Positions 48,395 through 56,898 of a stretch of 64,000 nucleotides of DNA are shown in pieces (position 1 is the stretch's first letter; each line of letters starts with the position of its first letter). The notes under the pieces were generated by a model. It saw only the letters and a list, made by a program, of their open reading frames with translations, searched no databases and had not been told where the DNA came from. Origin of the DNA: an uncultured Methanosarcinales archaeon (GTDB lineage: Archaea > Nanobdellota > Nanobdellia > Woesearchaeales > UBA12501); contig CAYFJX010000004.1 of NCBI GenBank assembly GCA_964343705.1, positions 69,583 through 133,582 of the forward strand. The letters are read 5' to 3'. The translations under genes and the position numbers were made by a program.

Positions 48395-48446
48395 ATTGGA
48401 TGTATCATCCTGATTTCCAATCAGGTACTTGACCAAACTCAGTCAC
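48395..48446 (-). pseudogene. Partial tRNA-Ser-like fragment (anticodon arm cctga-ttGGAaa-tcagg plus start of variable arm), no T arm or 3' acceptor
   Basis: Shares tcaggatgatacatcc with the adjacent class II tRNA. Confidence 0.45.
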
Positions 48447-48680
48447 TTTTTTTCTTTTTTTCTTTACTTTTCGTATAGTTTTCGAGCTATTTAAGTTCTG
48501 GGTCCACAGATGTCCAGTGTCCAGTGGGTGTTTCGGTTTCGTCGGAAAATTTTCAAAACAGTAGTAGAAGCTTTCTAAAAGATGTCTAGTAAAAGAAATC
48601 GAAGATGTTCTGTTAAAATTCGTAAAGTATCCGGAAAAAAGCCTGTCCAGTAGAAAAACAAAAATGAGTGTGCAAAGTTA

Positions 48681-48812
48681 GTTTCAGCCTGAGCTGTTTC
48701 AAAAACCTTGCCTAACATTGCACAGTTGTAACCGGGTCGGGTTCCGACCCGGATTTAAAATTATTAATCTGTGCATTTGAAAATATTCTTTGATTTTGAT
48801 GAATTTGCTGCC
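48681..48812 (+). repeat. REP-A intergenic element, copy 3
   Basis: gtttcagcctgagctgtttcaaaaa...tgcacagttgtaaccgggtcgggttccgacccgg...ctgtgca...ctttgattttgatgaatttgc. Confidence 0.7.
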
Positions 48813-48910
48813 CCTTATTCACCTACAAAACCCCAGATACCCAGTTTGACCTTACTCCCAAACCCTTACCATCACAAACTATAAAAAGGCTGTATCCTAA
48901 AACTAATTTC

Positions 48911-49669
48911 ATGTTCCAGCAAAACATAACCTTTGAAAACGAAAAAGGCCAGCATTACTCTGGTGTGCTTCGTGTTCCAAAAGAAGATGGCAAGCATCCA
49001 GCTGTTCTAATCTGTCACGGTTTTTTAGAGAATAAAGACAATGGGCTTATTGCAGATATTGCCAACGGTCTTTCGTACTATGGCTTTGTTACTATGCGTT
49101 TTGACTTTTTGTTTCATGGTGAAAGTCATGGTGCTGCTGAAGAAATGACACTCACACAACAAGTGCAAGATATTCGTCAAGCAGTTGACTATCTTAAAAC
49201 AATTGAACAAGTTGACACACGAAAAATAATCCTACTTGGCCATGACCTCGGAGGTGTTGGATGTTTGCTGGCTAATCATGAAGAAGTTGATGGGATCATT
49301 CTATTGAATGTACGCGTTGATACTAAGAAATTTATTATGTCGTTTATGACTGACATGGACTTGCGTGAATGGTTGCGCACTGGATGGTTGGTGATTAATG
49401 ATGTTAATCTTCGCAAAGAGTTTTACCAAGACCTTGTCCGTTATGATGTTATCAAAGAAATTCAAGATGAGAAAATTCCTATTTTAATTATTCATGGTAC
49501 CAATGATAAACGGGTTCCAGAACATGAAGCTCGGGAATTATTTCACCAAGCTGCACAGGCAGAACTTGAATTAGTTGAAGGTGCTGATCATCACTTTTCT
49601 AACCAAGAACATAAAATGTATGTGATAGAATTTATGGCAGATTGGGTAAATAAGATATTAGGGACGTGA
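48911..49669 (+). CDS. Alpha/beta-hydrolase fold protein
   Basis: HGF oxyanion region LICHGFLENKD. Nucleophile-elbow-like ILLGHDLGG (G-H-D-L-G, Ser replaced). Late HG/Asp and His (IIHGTNDKRV...ADHHF). Confidence 0.55.
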   Translation: MFQQNITFENEKGQHYSGVLRVPKEDGKHPAVLICHGFLENKDNGLIADIANGLSYYGFVTMRFDFLFHGESHGAAEEMTLTQQVQDIRQAVDYLKTIEQVDTRKIILLGHDLGGVGCLLANHEEVDGIILLNVRVDTKKFIMSFMTDMDLREWLRTGWLVINDVNLRKEFYQDLVRYDVIKEIQDEKIPILIIHGTNDKRVPEHEARELFHQAAQAELELVEGADHHFSNQEHKMYVIEFMADWVNKILGT

Positions 49670-49670
49670 T

Positions 49671-50777
49671 TTATTTCCCCTGAATTACATCTTTCTGTAC
49701 TTGCTTGAATCGAGCATCAGCTTGTTTTAGAATGTCTGTTGTTTCTTTTTGATATCTGGTGTGTAATGCTTCACTGTTCTTACTTGGTTTGTCAAGGTCT
49801 ACAAGAGTGCCACGCATACATGCGTATCCTCGCGCTATCCATCCATCAGATGAAATAACAGCGTCTCGTTCTGGATTGTCAATCTTTCCATCCATGTCTC
49901 CATCGACAATATAGTCTGGGGTGCTCGACAAGCCTCCATCACTAGAATGTCTGATCTCAACAAGGTCGCCATACCATGAGACTGGTGTGTGGGTGTGGTT
50001 TACTAATCGGTCACATGTTTTTTTTGGATGGTGTTTTTGTCCACCGTTCATTGGTTGTGTGGTGCACGATGCTTTTCTATTTACTGATTCTTCATAGGTA
50101 CCAACTGCTTTTGTAGCTACAACTTTTCCATCTTTTATTTTGTTTCCAGTATATTCTTTTTCTCCAACTCTATGTCGAAGTTTAATGGGTTTCTCAATAA
50201 GATCATGAATTAAAAAATTATGTTTACCTGGATTTGGTGCGAGATTGTTAACTCCATCAATTGAAAATGCACAGTTTTTGTCAACTGGGTAATATTCATC
50301 TTCTTCAATTAAGGGTCCTTGTGTTGCAATTCCTGGTGTTAAATCTCTGATTGGTGGGTGGTATGGTTCTGCAAATGTATTACCTACTAAATGTGTTGCT
50401 GCTGCAACTGCAATAGCAAGTCCTACAGCACTAATTTTAGTCAATATGTGCATGTTATCATATCCTTCAGCCACGCTTCCTAGTATTTGCTTATGCCATG
50501 GCATTGCCTTGTTTGCTTTTTGTTCCCAGTGTTGCTGTGCATAGCCAACAACTTCTTCTGGTGTCATATGTTCTAGTAATCCAGAAAGTTCTTGTATTGA
50601 GTGGGTGGTTGCTTCATCTCTGTTGGTATCATCCAACTGAGCGTGTAGTGCTAAGTCTAGGATAGCGTCATGATCTGCTGCATCAAATTGGTCTAAAGGG
50701 ATGCCTGATCGGCGAAGAAGGTCTTCAAGTTGTTTATCCAGCTCAGCTGTTCTAGATTTAGTTTTGGTGCTCATCAC
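49671..50777 (-). CDS. Membrane-anchored hypothetical protein (one central TM, large C-terminal ectodomain)
   Basis: 368 aa. TM helix ISAVGLAIAVAAATHLV. Confidence 0.4.
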   Translation of the reverse strand: MMSTKTKSRTAELDKQLEDLLRRSGIPLDQFDAADHDAILDLALHAQLDDTNRDEATTHSIQELSGLLEHMTPEEVVGYAQQHWEQKANKAMPWHKQILGSVAEGYDNMHILTKISAVGLAIAVAAATHLVGNTFAEPYHPPIRDLTPGIATQGPLIEEDEYYPVDKNCAFSIDGVNNLAPNPGKHNFLIHDLIEKPIKLRHRVGEKEYTGNKIKDGKVVATKAVGTYEESVNRKASCTTQPMNGGQKHHPKKTCDRLVNHTHTPVSWYGDLVEIRHSSDGGLSSTPDYIVDGDMDGKIDNPERDAVISSDGWIARGYACMRGTLVDLDKPSKNSEALHTRYQKETTDILKQADARFKQVQKDVIQGK

Positions 50778-50899
50778 TCTTGGGGATAAAATAACCCTAT
50801 TTAAACCTTTCGGTTTTTACCACTAATAAGTGGTCTTTTGGGGTGTTTTTCGGCTGTTTCACCACTAAGCTTAAATACGACCAGCAAGCCCTCATTTTC

Positions 50900-52114
50900 A
50901 TGAAAGCAGTCATACTTTGCGCAGGAAAATCAACCAGAACGTATCCTTTGACAGTTACACGGCCAAAACCAATGGTCATGGCAGGCAATAAAACACTGCT
51001 TGAGCTCACACTCACACAACTTGCTCAGCTAGGCACTGTCAATGAAGTAATTCTAGTGGTGGGGTATCGAAAAGAAATGTTGCAAGAACATGCATTGCAC
51101 CTAAGAGCCAAACTAAACTTGCCCTTTATTATTAGCTTTGCTGAGCAAACAGAACAAAACGGAACAGCACACGCACTGCTCAGTGCAAAAGACAAGCTCA
51201 CTGAAGAATTCCTCCTGCTCCATGGGGATGACTTGTACTTTGCAGATGATATGAAAAACTTACTACAACACAACAACGCATTCTTGGTAAAAAAAGTTGC
51301 TGACCCAAGCCAATTTGGTGTCTGTATTACCAACGAAAATAACACACTCAAACACATCCATGAAAAACCAACAGAGTTTGTTGGTGATCTTGTAAACATA
51401 GGGTGTTACAAACTACAACCAAACATACTAACTCTTCCAAACATTCAACCTTCTGGCAGAGGAGAACTTGAAATAGTTGATTACCTCACAGCTCATGCGC
51501 AACAAACACCCGTTATGTGTGTTGAAGCACAAACATGGATTCCTATCCCATTCTCATGGAGCTTGCTTGAAGCAAACAAGTTCCTCCTTTCACAACTACA
51601 ACCAAACAACACAGGAATTATTGAACACAATGTCACACTCAAAGGTGCAGTGAGCATTGGAAAAAACACCATCATAAAAGCAGGCACCTACATTGAAGGG
51701 CCAGTTAGTATTGGGGACAATGCAGTTATCGGTCCAAACGCCTACATCCGTGGTCCAACAAGTATTGGTAACAACTGTAAAATTGGAGCAAGCGTAGAAA
51801 TCAAAAACTGCATTATTATGAACAACAGCAATGTTCCTCACCTCTCATACATGGGTGATTCAATTCTCAGTGAAAACGTTAACATTGGTGCTGGCTCAAT
51901 TACTGCAAATGTCCGCCACGATGAAGGAACCATCAAGACCATGCTCAAAGGTCAACTAGTTGACACTGGCCTGAAAAAGTTTGGCACTGTTGTTGGCGAC
52001 AATGCACGCATAGGAATCAACACATGTATCTACCCTGGTAGGAAAATCTGGCCAAGTCAAGGTACGGTACCAGGAGCTCAGGTTACACAAGACCTCAATG
52101 AGGACAAAACATAA
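50900..52114 (+). CDS. Sugar-phosphate nucleotidyltransferase with a C-terminal left-handed beta-helix (GlmU-like bifunctional architecture)
   Basis: MKAVILCAGKSTR and TVTRPKPMV match the NTP-transferase Gly-rich loop. The C-terminal hexapeptide repeats are (I/V)G.N..IG. Confidence 0.7.
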   Translation: MKAVILCAGKSTRTYPLTVTRPKPMVMAGNKTLLELTLTQLAQLGTVNEVILVVGYRKEMLQEHALHLRAKLNLPFIISFAEQTEQNGTAHALLSAKDKLTEEFLLLHGDDLYFADDMKNLLQHNNAFLVKKVADPSQFGVCITNENNTLKHIHEKPTEFVGDLVNIGCYKLQPNILTLPNIQPSGRGELEIVDYLTAHAQQTPVMCVEAQTWIPIPFSWSLLEANKFLLSQLQPNNTGIIEHNVTLKGAVSIGKNTIIKAGTYIEGPVSIGDNAVIGPNAYIRGPTSIGNNCKIGASVEIKNCIIMNNSNVPHLSYMGDSILSENVNIGAGSITANVRHDEGTIKTMLKGQLVDTGLKKFGTVVGDNARIGINTCIYPGRKIWPSQGTVPGAQVTQDLNEDKT

Positions 52115-52556
52115 AAACAATGAGTTCCAGCTGATCACAATGACAGGCAAAGACTGCTTATTTTGTAAAATAATCAAAGGAGAACTTCCTTGTTCTAAAA
52201 TCTATGAGGATGAACAAACTTTTGCATTCTTAGATATTAGTCCAGTAAATCCAGGGCATACACTTGTTATCCCAAAAGCGCATTGCAAAAATCTTCTAGA
52301 CATGCCAGAAGATGATGCAGGTGCTGTATACAAGACTGCAAAGAAAGTTGCAATTGCAGTTAAAGAAGGTACTGGCGCAGGAGGCGTTACTGTCACCATG
52401 AGTAATGAGAAACCTGCAGGTCAAGTAGTGTGGCACGCGCATGTTCATGTTATTCCTCGGTTTGAAAATGATGGCTTTAAGTTATGGCCAGGCAAGCCGT
52501 ACAAAGAAGGTCAGCAAGAAGAAATGTTAAAGAGAATTAGTGAGAAATTGAATTAA
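52098..52556 (+). CDS. HIT-family hydrolase (histidine triad)
   Basis: Contains CLFCKII, NPGHTLVIPKAH and the triad WHAHVHVIPR. The start may be internal, MTGKD at 52140. Confidence 0.7.
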   Translation: MRTKHKNNEFQLITMTGKDCLFCKIIKGELPCSKIYEDEQTFAFLDISPVNPGHTLVIPKAHCKNLLDMPEDDAGAVYKTAKKVAIAVKEGTGAGGVTVTMSNEKPAGQVVWHAHVHVIPRFENDGFKLWPGKPYKEGQQEEMLKRISEKLN

Positions 52557-52590
52557 AGAGTATTCTAACTTTTTGTAAGTGAGCTAGGAG

Positions 52591-52722
52591 CGGCAAATTC
52601 TACAAAATCAAAGAGAATTTCAACTGCACAGATTGAATAAATTTAAATCCGGGTCGGAACCCGACCCGGTTAAAACTGTGCATGCTTGATATGATTATGA
52701 AACAGTCCAAGCTGAAACTAAC
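52591..52722 (-). repeat. REP-A intergenic element, copy 4 (reverse orientation)
   Basis: The reverse complement reads gtttcagcttggactgtttcataat...tgcacagttttaaccgggtcgggttccgacccgg...ctgtgcag...ctttgattttgtagaatttgc. Confidence 0.7.
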
Positions 52723-52862
52723 TTTGCTCATTGCTCAAAACAGATTTTTTATCCAGATCTTACCTCTTTCTTTGTCCAGGCTGAAACTGATTCTGCTTTA
52801 TTACTGTTGCTTAAGCACAAAATATATAAAACTAAGACACATTACTCATGTAAGGTGATAGC

Positions 52863-53108
52863 ATGCCCCAGAAAAGAGGAACAATTTTAACACGACGCCA
52901 AGTGAAACTAAGCACAGACTGGCGAGCAAGTCCTTCTCAACGAAAAGCACCAACCAAGTTTGTTGGTAAACTCCAACCTTTTGGTGGTGGAGATCCTATA
53001 ACATATACTTCACGAATTCGCGTTAACAAAAATGATAAGGTATTATACACTGGCGCAAAGCGTGCTACTGTTGTGAAAGCTGAAAGCATGGCCACAACAA
53101 ACGTGTAA
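52863..53108 (+). CDS. Small basic hypothetical protein
   Basis: 81 aa, Lys/Arg-rich. Confidence 0.35.
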   Translation: MPQKRGTILTRRQVKLSTDWRASPSQRKAPTKFVGKLQPFGGGDPITYTSRIRVNKNDKVLYTGAKRATVVKAESMATTNV

Positions 53109-53130
53109 GTACAATAAAGTAATTTAATGG

Positions 53131-53511
53131 GTGGTGGAAATGAAAACAATATATCTAGTACTTTGTCTACTTTTTGTATTCAGTATGGTGCCAGGCTGTG
53201 CACAACAAGCACCTGAGCAAGAAACCATTGTGTACAAGCACATTCTTATAAGTCCAAAAGAGTACACTGTTGTGCACGATGAGCCAGTGGTTGCAGAAAT
53301 GCAAACAATGCCTCAAGCAAAAGCTGCACCAATACCAATGTGGCATCTTGGTGATGCAGGAGATATTTGTTTTGATACAACGCATTGCCAAGGATTTTGT
53401 TTAAGCTACAGAGGAAATGTCAGTCGAGGGTTCTGCTCTGACACGCACCATCCTCAAGGATGTTACTGGTTGTTACACCAAGGCAATGCAAGTTTGCGTG
53501 TGTGTTCCTAA
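53131..53511 (+). CDS. Cys-rich secreted lipoprotein-like protein
   Basis: Signal plus lipobox-like VPGC. Mature region has 8 Cys (CFDTTHCQGFC...GFCSD...GCYW...RVC). Confidence 0.45.
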   Translation: MVEMKTIYLVLCLLFVFSMVPGCAQQAPEQETIVYKHILISPKEYTVVHDEPVVAEMQTMPQAKAAPIPMWHLGDAGDICFDTTHCQGFCLSYRGNVSRGFCSDTHHPQGCYWLLHQGNASLRVCS

Positions 53512-53590
53512 ATTCCTTTTTCCTTTTTTTCAATAAACTTTTTAAACAGCACAAGCTATAGTTTATCTATTATACTAAACAGGTGATACA

Positions 53591-53845
53591 ATGGATGATC
53601 GAAAATTTGCACGATACGCGTTTCTGATTGTTGCTGCAGTAGCAATTGTTGGCATGCTCAGTGCTGGTGGAAACCAGACAGCAGTTGGGAAAGCCACTAA
53701 TATACCAATGCCGGCTGCACTTGAAGCTGCAATGGACAAATGTGTTCCGCAACACGATGATGTAAGTCTTGACAAAGCAGAAAAATATTGTGAATGCGTT
53801 TACCTTTACGGTGGCGACGAAGACTGCGCAAAACATCTTGCATAA
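53591..53845 (+). CDS. Small secreted protein, paralog 1 of the YCEC...DC family
   Basis: N-terminus MDDRKFARYAFLIVAAVAIVGMLSAGG. C-terminus KYCECVYLYGGDEDCAKHL. SD-like aggtga and aaactttttaaa lie upstream. Confidence 0.55.
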   Translation: MDDRKFARYAFLIVAAVAIVGMLSAGGNQTAVGKATNIPMPAALEAAMDKCVPQHDDVSLDKAEKYCECVYLYGGDEDCAKHLA

Positions 53846-53935
53846 TTCTTTTTTTTTCTTTTCTCTTTATTTCTTCAACAAACTTTATAAACAGTAATGC
53901 CTATACTATCTTTATTATTAAAAAAAGGTGATTGC

Positions 53936-54214
53936 ATGAATGATCGAGACTTTGGAAAATATGCATTTCTTATTGTAGCTGTTGTTGCAGTTGTTGGCCT
54001 ACTAAGTACAGGTGGTCAGGATATGACAGGGTTTGCAACAAAAGTAGCTAAAGAAACACAAACTGCTGCTGAACCTGCTCCAAGGACAGCTGCGAATTAC
54101 TGGTGTGAAAAAGCAAAAGCAAACTATGCTAATGTGGGTTGTGATCACTTAACTAAACCAACCCCTAAGTGTCAAGTACTTGAAAAAGATGTAGAAGAAC
54201 ATTGCGAGAACTAA
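53936..54214 (+). CDS. Small secreted protein, paralog 2 (same N-terminal signal family)
   Basis: N-terminus MNDRDFGKYAFLIVAVVAVVGLLSTGG. Cys pairs WCEK...GCDH...KCQ...HCEN. aaactttataaa lies upstream. Confidence 0.55.
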   Translation: MNDRDFGKYAFLIVAVVAVVGLLSTGGQDMTGFATKVAKETQTAAEPAPRTAANYWCEKAKANYANVGCDHLTKPTPKCQVLEKDVEEHCEN

Positions 54215-54729
54215 AAATGGAAAACAGACACTTTGCACGGAATGTATTGTTGCTTATTGTAGCAGTATCACTTGTTGGAGTGCTTCAAGGAAATGACATT
54301 GCTGAAGGAGGAGAGATCACTGGCAGTGCGATTGTGTCAGGCCACACTGATATGGACGACGAAGCTGCTTACTTCCAATGGGAACAGCGATGTGCTCTTG
54401 ACACTGCAAAATACGAAGAAAAATGTGCTGTTGTATATGATAGTTCTGATAAAAGACTTCGTACTGAGAGGCCAGGATGTAATAATTTACGTAACAGAAT
54501 GCGTAAGTCTTGTGCAATGAAAGAAAATTCAGAACGAAACATGGCAGGTACCCAAACTGACAGGGAATTCTTTGCAAAGAACAACGAAGAAGAACGACGT
54601 CTTGTTGCTAAATCAACTCCCACTGGAGCAGTAATTGGGGTTGGTGCAGGGGCTGTACCATTTAGCTTCCTTATTATTGTGGCTGGCTTTGTCGGCTTAT
54701 TATTATACATACGAAAAGATTCGAGGTGA
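54202..54729 (+). CDS. Secreted/anchored protein, paralog 3, with a C-terminal TM anchor
   Basis: N-terminus MENRHFARNVLLLIVAVSLVGVLQG. C-terminal GAVPFSFLIIVAGFVGLLLYIRKD resembles an archaeosortase-type C-terminal sorting tail. Confidence 0.5.
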   Translation: MRELKMENRHFARNVLLLIVAVSLVGVLQGNDIAEGGEITGSAIVSGHTDMDDEAAYFQWEQRCALDTAKYEEKCAVVYDSSDKRLRTERPGCNNLRNRMRKSCAMKENSERNMAGTQTDREFFAKNNEEERRLVAKSTPTGAVIGVGAGAVPFSFLIIVAGFVGLLLYIRKDSR

Positions 54730-54733
54730 ATGC

Positions 54734-54994
54734 ATGGATTCAAAATACTTACTTAGTGCAGTGGCCATTGTTGCTCTCTTAAGCATGAGTATGATGTTTA
54801 TGGAGGCAGGCGTGTCACCAGTTGGTAAAGCAACTGGGACACCCAGTCTGGGATTGCAACAAGATATTGCTGACTGTACAGAAAGGACTGTTGCAGAAAC
54901 AGGAGACGATGAAAATGCTGCGTACCGCTACTGTGAGTGTATAACTGTATACAGTAATAAACTTGACTGTGAGCGATACCTAGGTGTGGAATAA
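54734..54994 (+). CDS. Small secreted protein, paralog 4 of the YCEC...DC family
   Basis: C-terminal YRYCECITVYSNKLDCERYL matches paralog 1. N-terminal hydrophobic signal. Confidence 0.5.
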   Translation: MDSKYLLSAVAIVALLSMSMMFMEAGVSPVGKATGTPSLGLQQDIADCTERTVAETGDDENAAYRYCECITVYSNKLDCERYLGVE

Positions 54995-55502
54995 TTTTTT
55001 TTATTCTCTTTCCACTTCTTTTTTTTCTTAGTAGTAATCTTCAAAATCGTAGTATGTGTTGTCGTCTAATTCGTGTTCTGCAAGCTCTTCATCAAACTCG
55101 TAATCTATTAGCTTGTCAACACGTGGATGGGCAATCCATTGTTCCCACTCTTCACGTCGCATTGGCATAGTTTACACCCCCATGTAATGCCTTAATTAGG
55201 GTGAATAAAATATAATAAAGTGATGTATATATGGTATAACCAAGGTTTCCTAAACTTTAGGTGATGGTCCTTTTTACTTCCTCAATAAATATCAATCTTT
55301 CGGAACAGACACCGCTATGAAGTGATGGTTGACCTTACCTCGCAGAATTCTTGCTGTAGAACGCTTAATTCGCTTTTTGTTGTTTGAAATTTTTGCGAAC
55401 TTATCTTCAACTCTTTTGGCTCAATTTGGAGAGTGTTACACATTGCTTTTGTAATGAAGCAACATTTTGTTATATGGTCTGCATACCCTCAACATTTTGG
55501 GA

Positions 55503-55570
55503 ATCGGGGTGCCTCCGAACAGACTTCAAGGCAGTGCTACCCCTCAGAAAGACTCTTGGGACACACCCCT
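55503..55570. repeat. REP-B element, half copy (matches 7845..7912 with 3 mismatches in 68 nt)
   Basis: atcggggtgcctccgaacagacttcaaggcagtgctacccctcagaaagactcttgggacacacccct. Internal ggggtg/cacccc inverted repeat. Confidence 0.7.
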
Positions 55571-55695
55571 TTATTTTGTGAGAAATTGCGTCAACCAGAT
55601 CGCGAGAGTTGTTGTTATTCTTAAGTAATTAAAAAAGAAAAACTTATAAATAATCAGCACTTTTCAATACCAAAAAGTATGATTGAGGTATACTC

Positions 55696-55845
55696 ATGTC
55701 ACAAAAGCAATATATCATAACAAAAAAGATAGCCAAACAAGGCGATAAGGCAGTTATCTGTATTCCTGCTTTGCTTCAGGAAGAATTAAAACCTTCAACA
55801 GTTGTGAAAGTAACTATTGACGTAATTAAGGAGGCAGGGCAATGA
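55696..55845 (+). CDS. AbrB/SpoVT-like small DNA-binding protein (49 aa), first gene of a three-gene operon
   Basis: MSQKQYIITKKIAKQGDKAVICIPALLQEELKPSTVVKVTIDVIKEAGQ is a swapped-hairpin-like pattern. Its stop overlaps the next ATG (ATGA). It is too short for the ORF track. Confidence 0.45.
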   Translation: MSQKQYIITKKIAKQGDKAVICIPALLQEELKPSTVVKVTIDVIKEAGQ

Positions 55846-56897
55846 ACGATAATACAAACGACACTTCATTAGTTCCTGTTGATCCTTGGCAAGGAATTTT
55901 GGGACAAGCTTATGATGGTAGTATGGAAAAAGTTTTAAGTGCACATTTTCGCAATGGTTTAGAAGAACTTACTGTTGACGCAAGCACATTAGAGCGACAA
56001 AAATCAAAGCTGGAAGAGTCACGCAGAAAAGATGCTGAAATGCATAAAGTTGCTGTGCTAACTGAAAAAGCAGATTTCAAAGAAAAAAATAGATTGCTTG
56101 CACGATTAACTCGTAAAGTAGTTTTTATAGAACCTGATCATAAACCTTCACTTGAAACGTCTGTTTATGAAAAGGCAGTTGAAGTTGGGCAAACATTGAC
56201 AGAATATCTTGATAATCTTAGAAAGTTTGCTTCACAGTTTTCTGTGCTGGGAGAAAGATATCAAAAACTCTGTGAACAACAAACTGAATTGGAACTGAGA
56301 AGAGAACAGATAGAACGGCGTGCTTCAACATATGAGAATGAAGAAAGATTAACAGCCGATTTTATTGGCAAAGTAACAGGTTATTCTAGTTTAGCAGATG
56401 CTGATCAGGATGCTTTGGCTCAATCTGTCAGAGAAGCGACTAATGGTGTTGATATTAGTGACGAAAATGTAAGAGAAATTTTTGTTCAACAGTTGAAAAG
56501 AGGACAGTTTACTTTGCGTCAAACCCATATTACTGACCAAGCTGATCATGAAGAGATAAGTATACGGCTTGCTTCTGTTTCCAGACAGTTGGAGGGAGTA
56601 AATAAAGATGCTGGAAGGTTGTGGGATCTATATAATCCTGCAAGGACCGAAGCTGTTCATTTAAGTGTAACATATCAGGAATTAAGTTCTGCTGCGGAAA
56701 CAGGAACAGCAATTTATGGTGTTGCACAAATGCTTGGGTCAGCAAGAGAATTATGTGAATCTGCCAGAGAAATGCAAGATGCCTTAGAAGCTGCAGTAGA
56801 AGGGCAGTTGGAAGTATTAAGTGCGTTTAGGGGAGTAAATGATGGAAGAGGATCTTATCAATTATCAACTGGAGACACAAGGAGGGGTGAAGAGTAA
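55842..56897 (+). CDS. Coiled-coil hypothetical protein (351 aa)
   Basis: Long heptad-rich central region. No catalytic motifs. Confidence 0.45.
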   Translation: MNDNTNDTSLVPVDPWQGILGQAYDGSMEKVLSAHFRNGLEELTVDASTLERQKSKLEESRRKDAEMHKVAVLTEKADFKEKNRLLARLTRKVVFIEPDHKPSLETSVYEKAVEVGQTLTEYLDNLRKFASQFSVLGERYQKLCEQQTELELRREQIERRASTYENEERLTADFIGKVTGYSSLADADQDALAQSVREATNGVDISDENVREIFVQQLKRGQFTLRQTHITDQADHEEISIRLASVSRQLEGVNKDAGRLWDLYNPARTEAVHLSVTYQELSSAAETGTAIYGVAQMLGSARELCESAREMQDALEAAVEGQLEVLSAFRGVNDGRGSYQLSTGDTRRGEE

Positions 56898-56898
56898 A

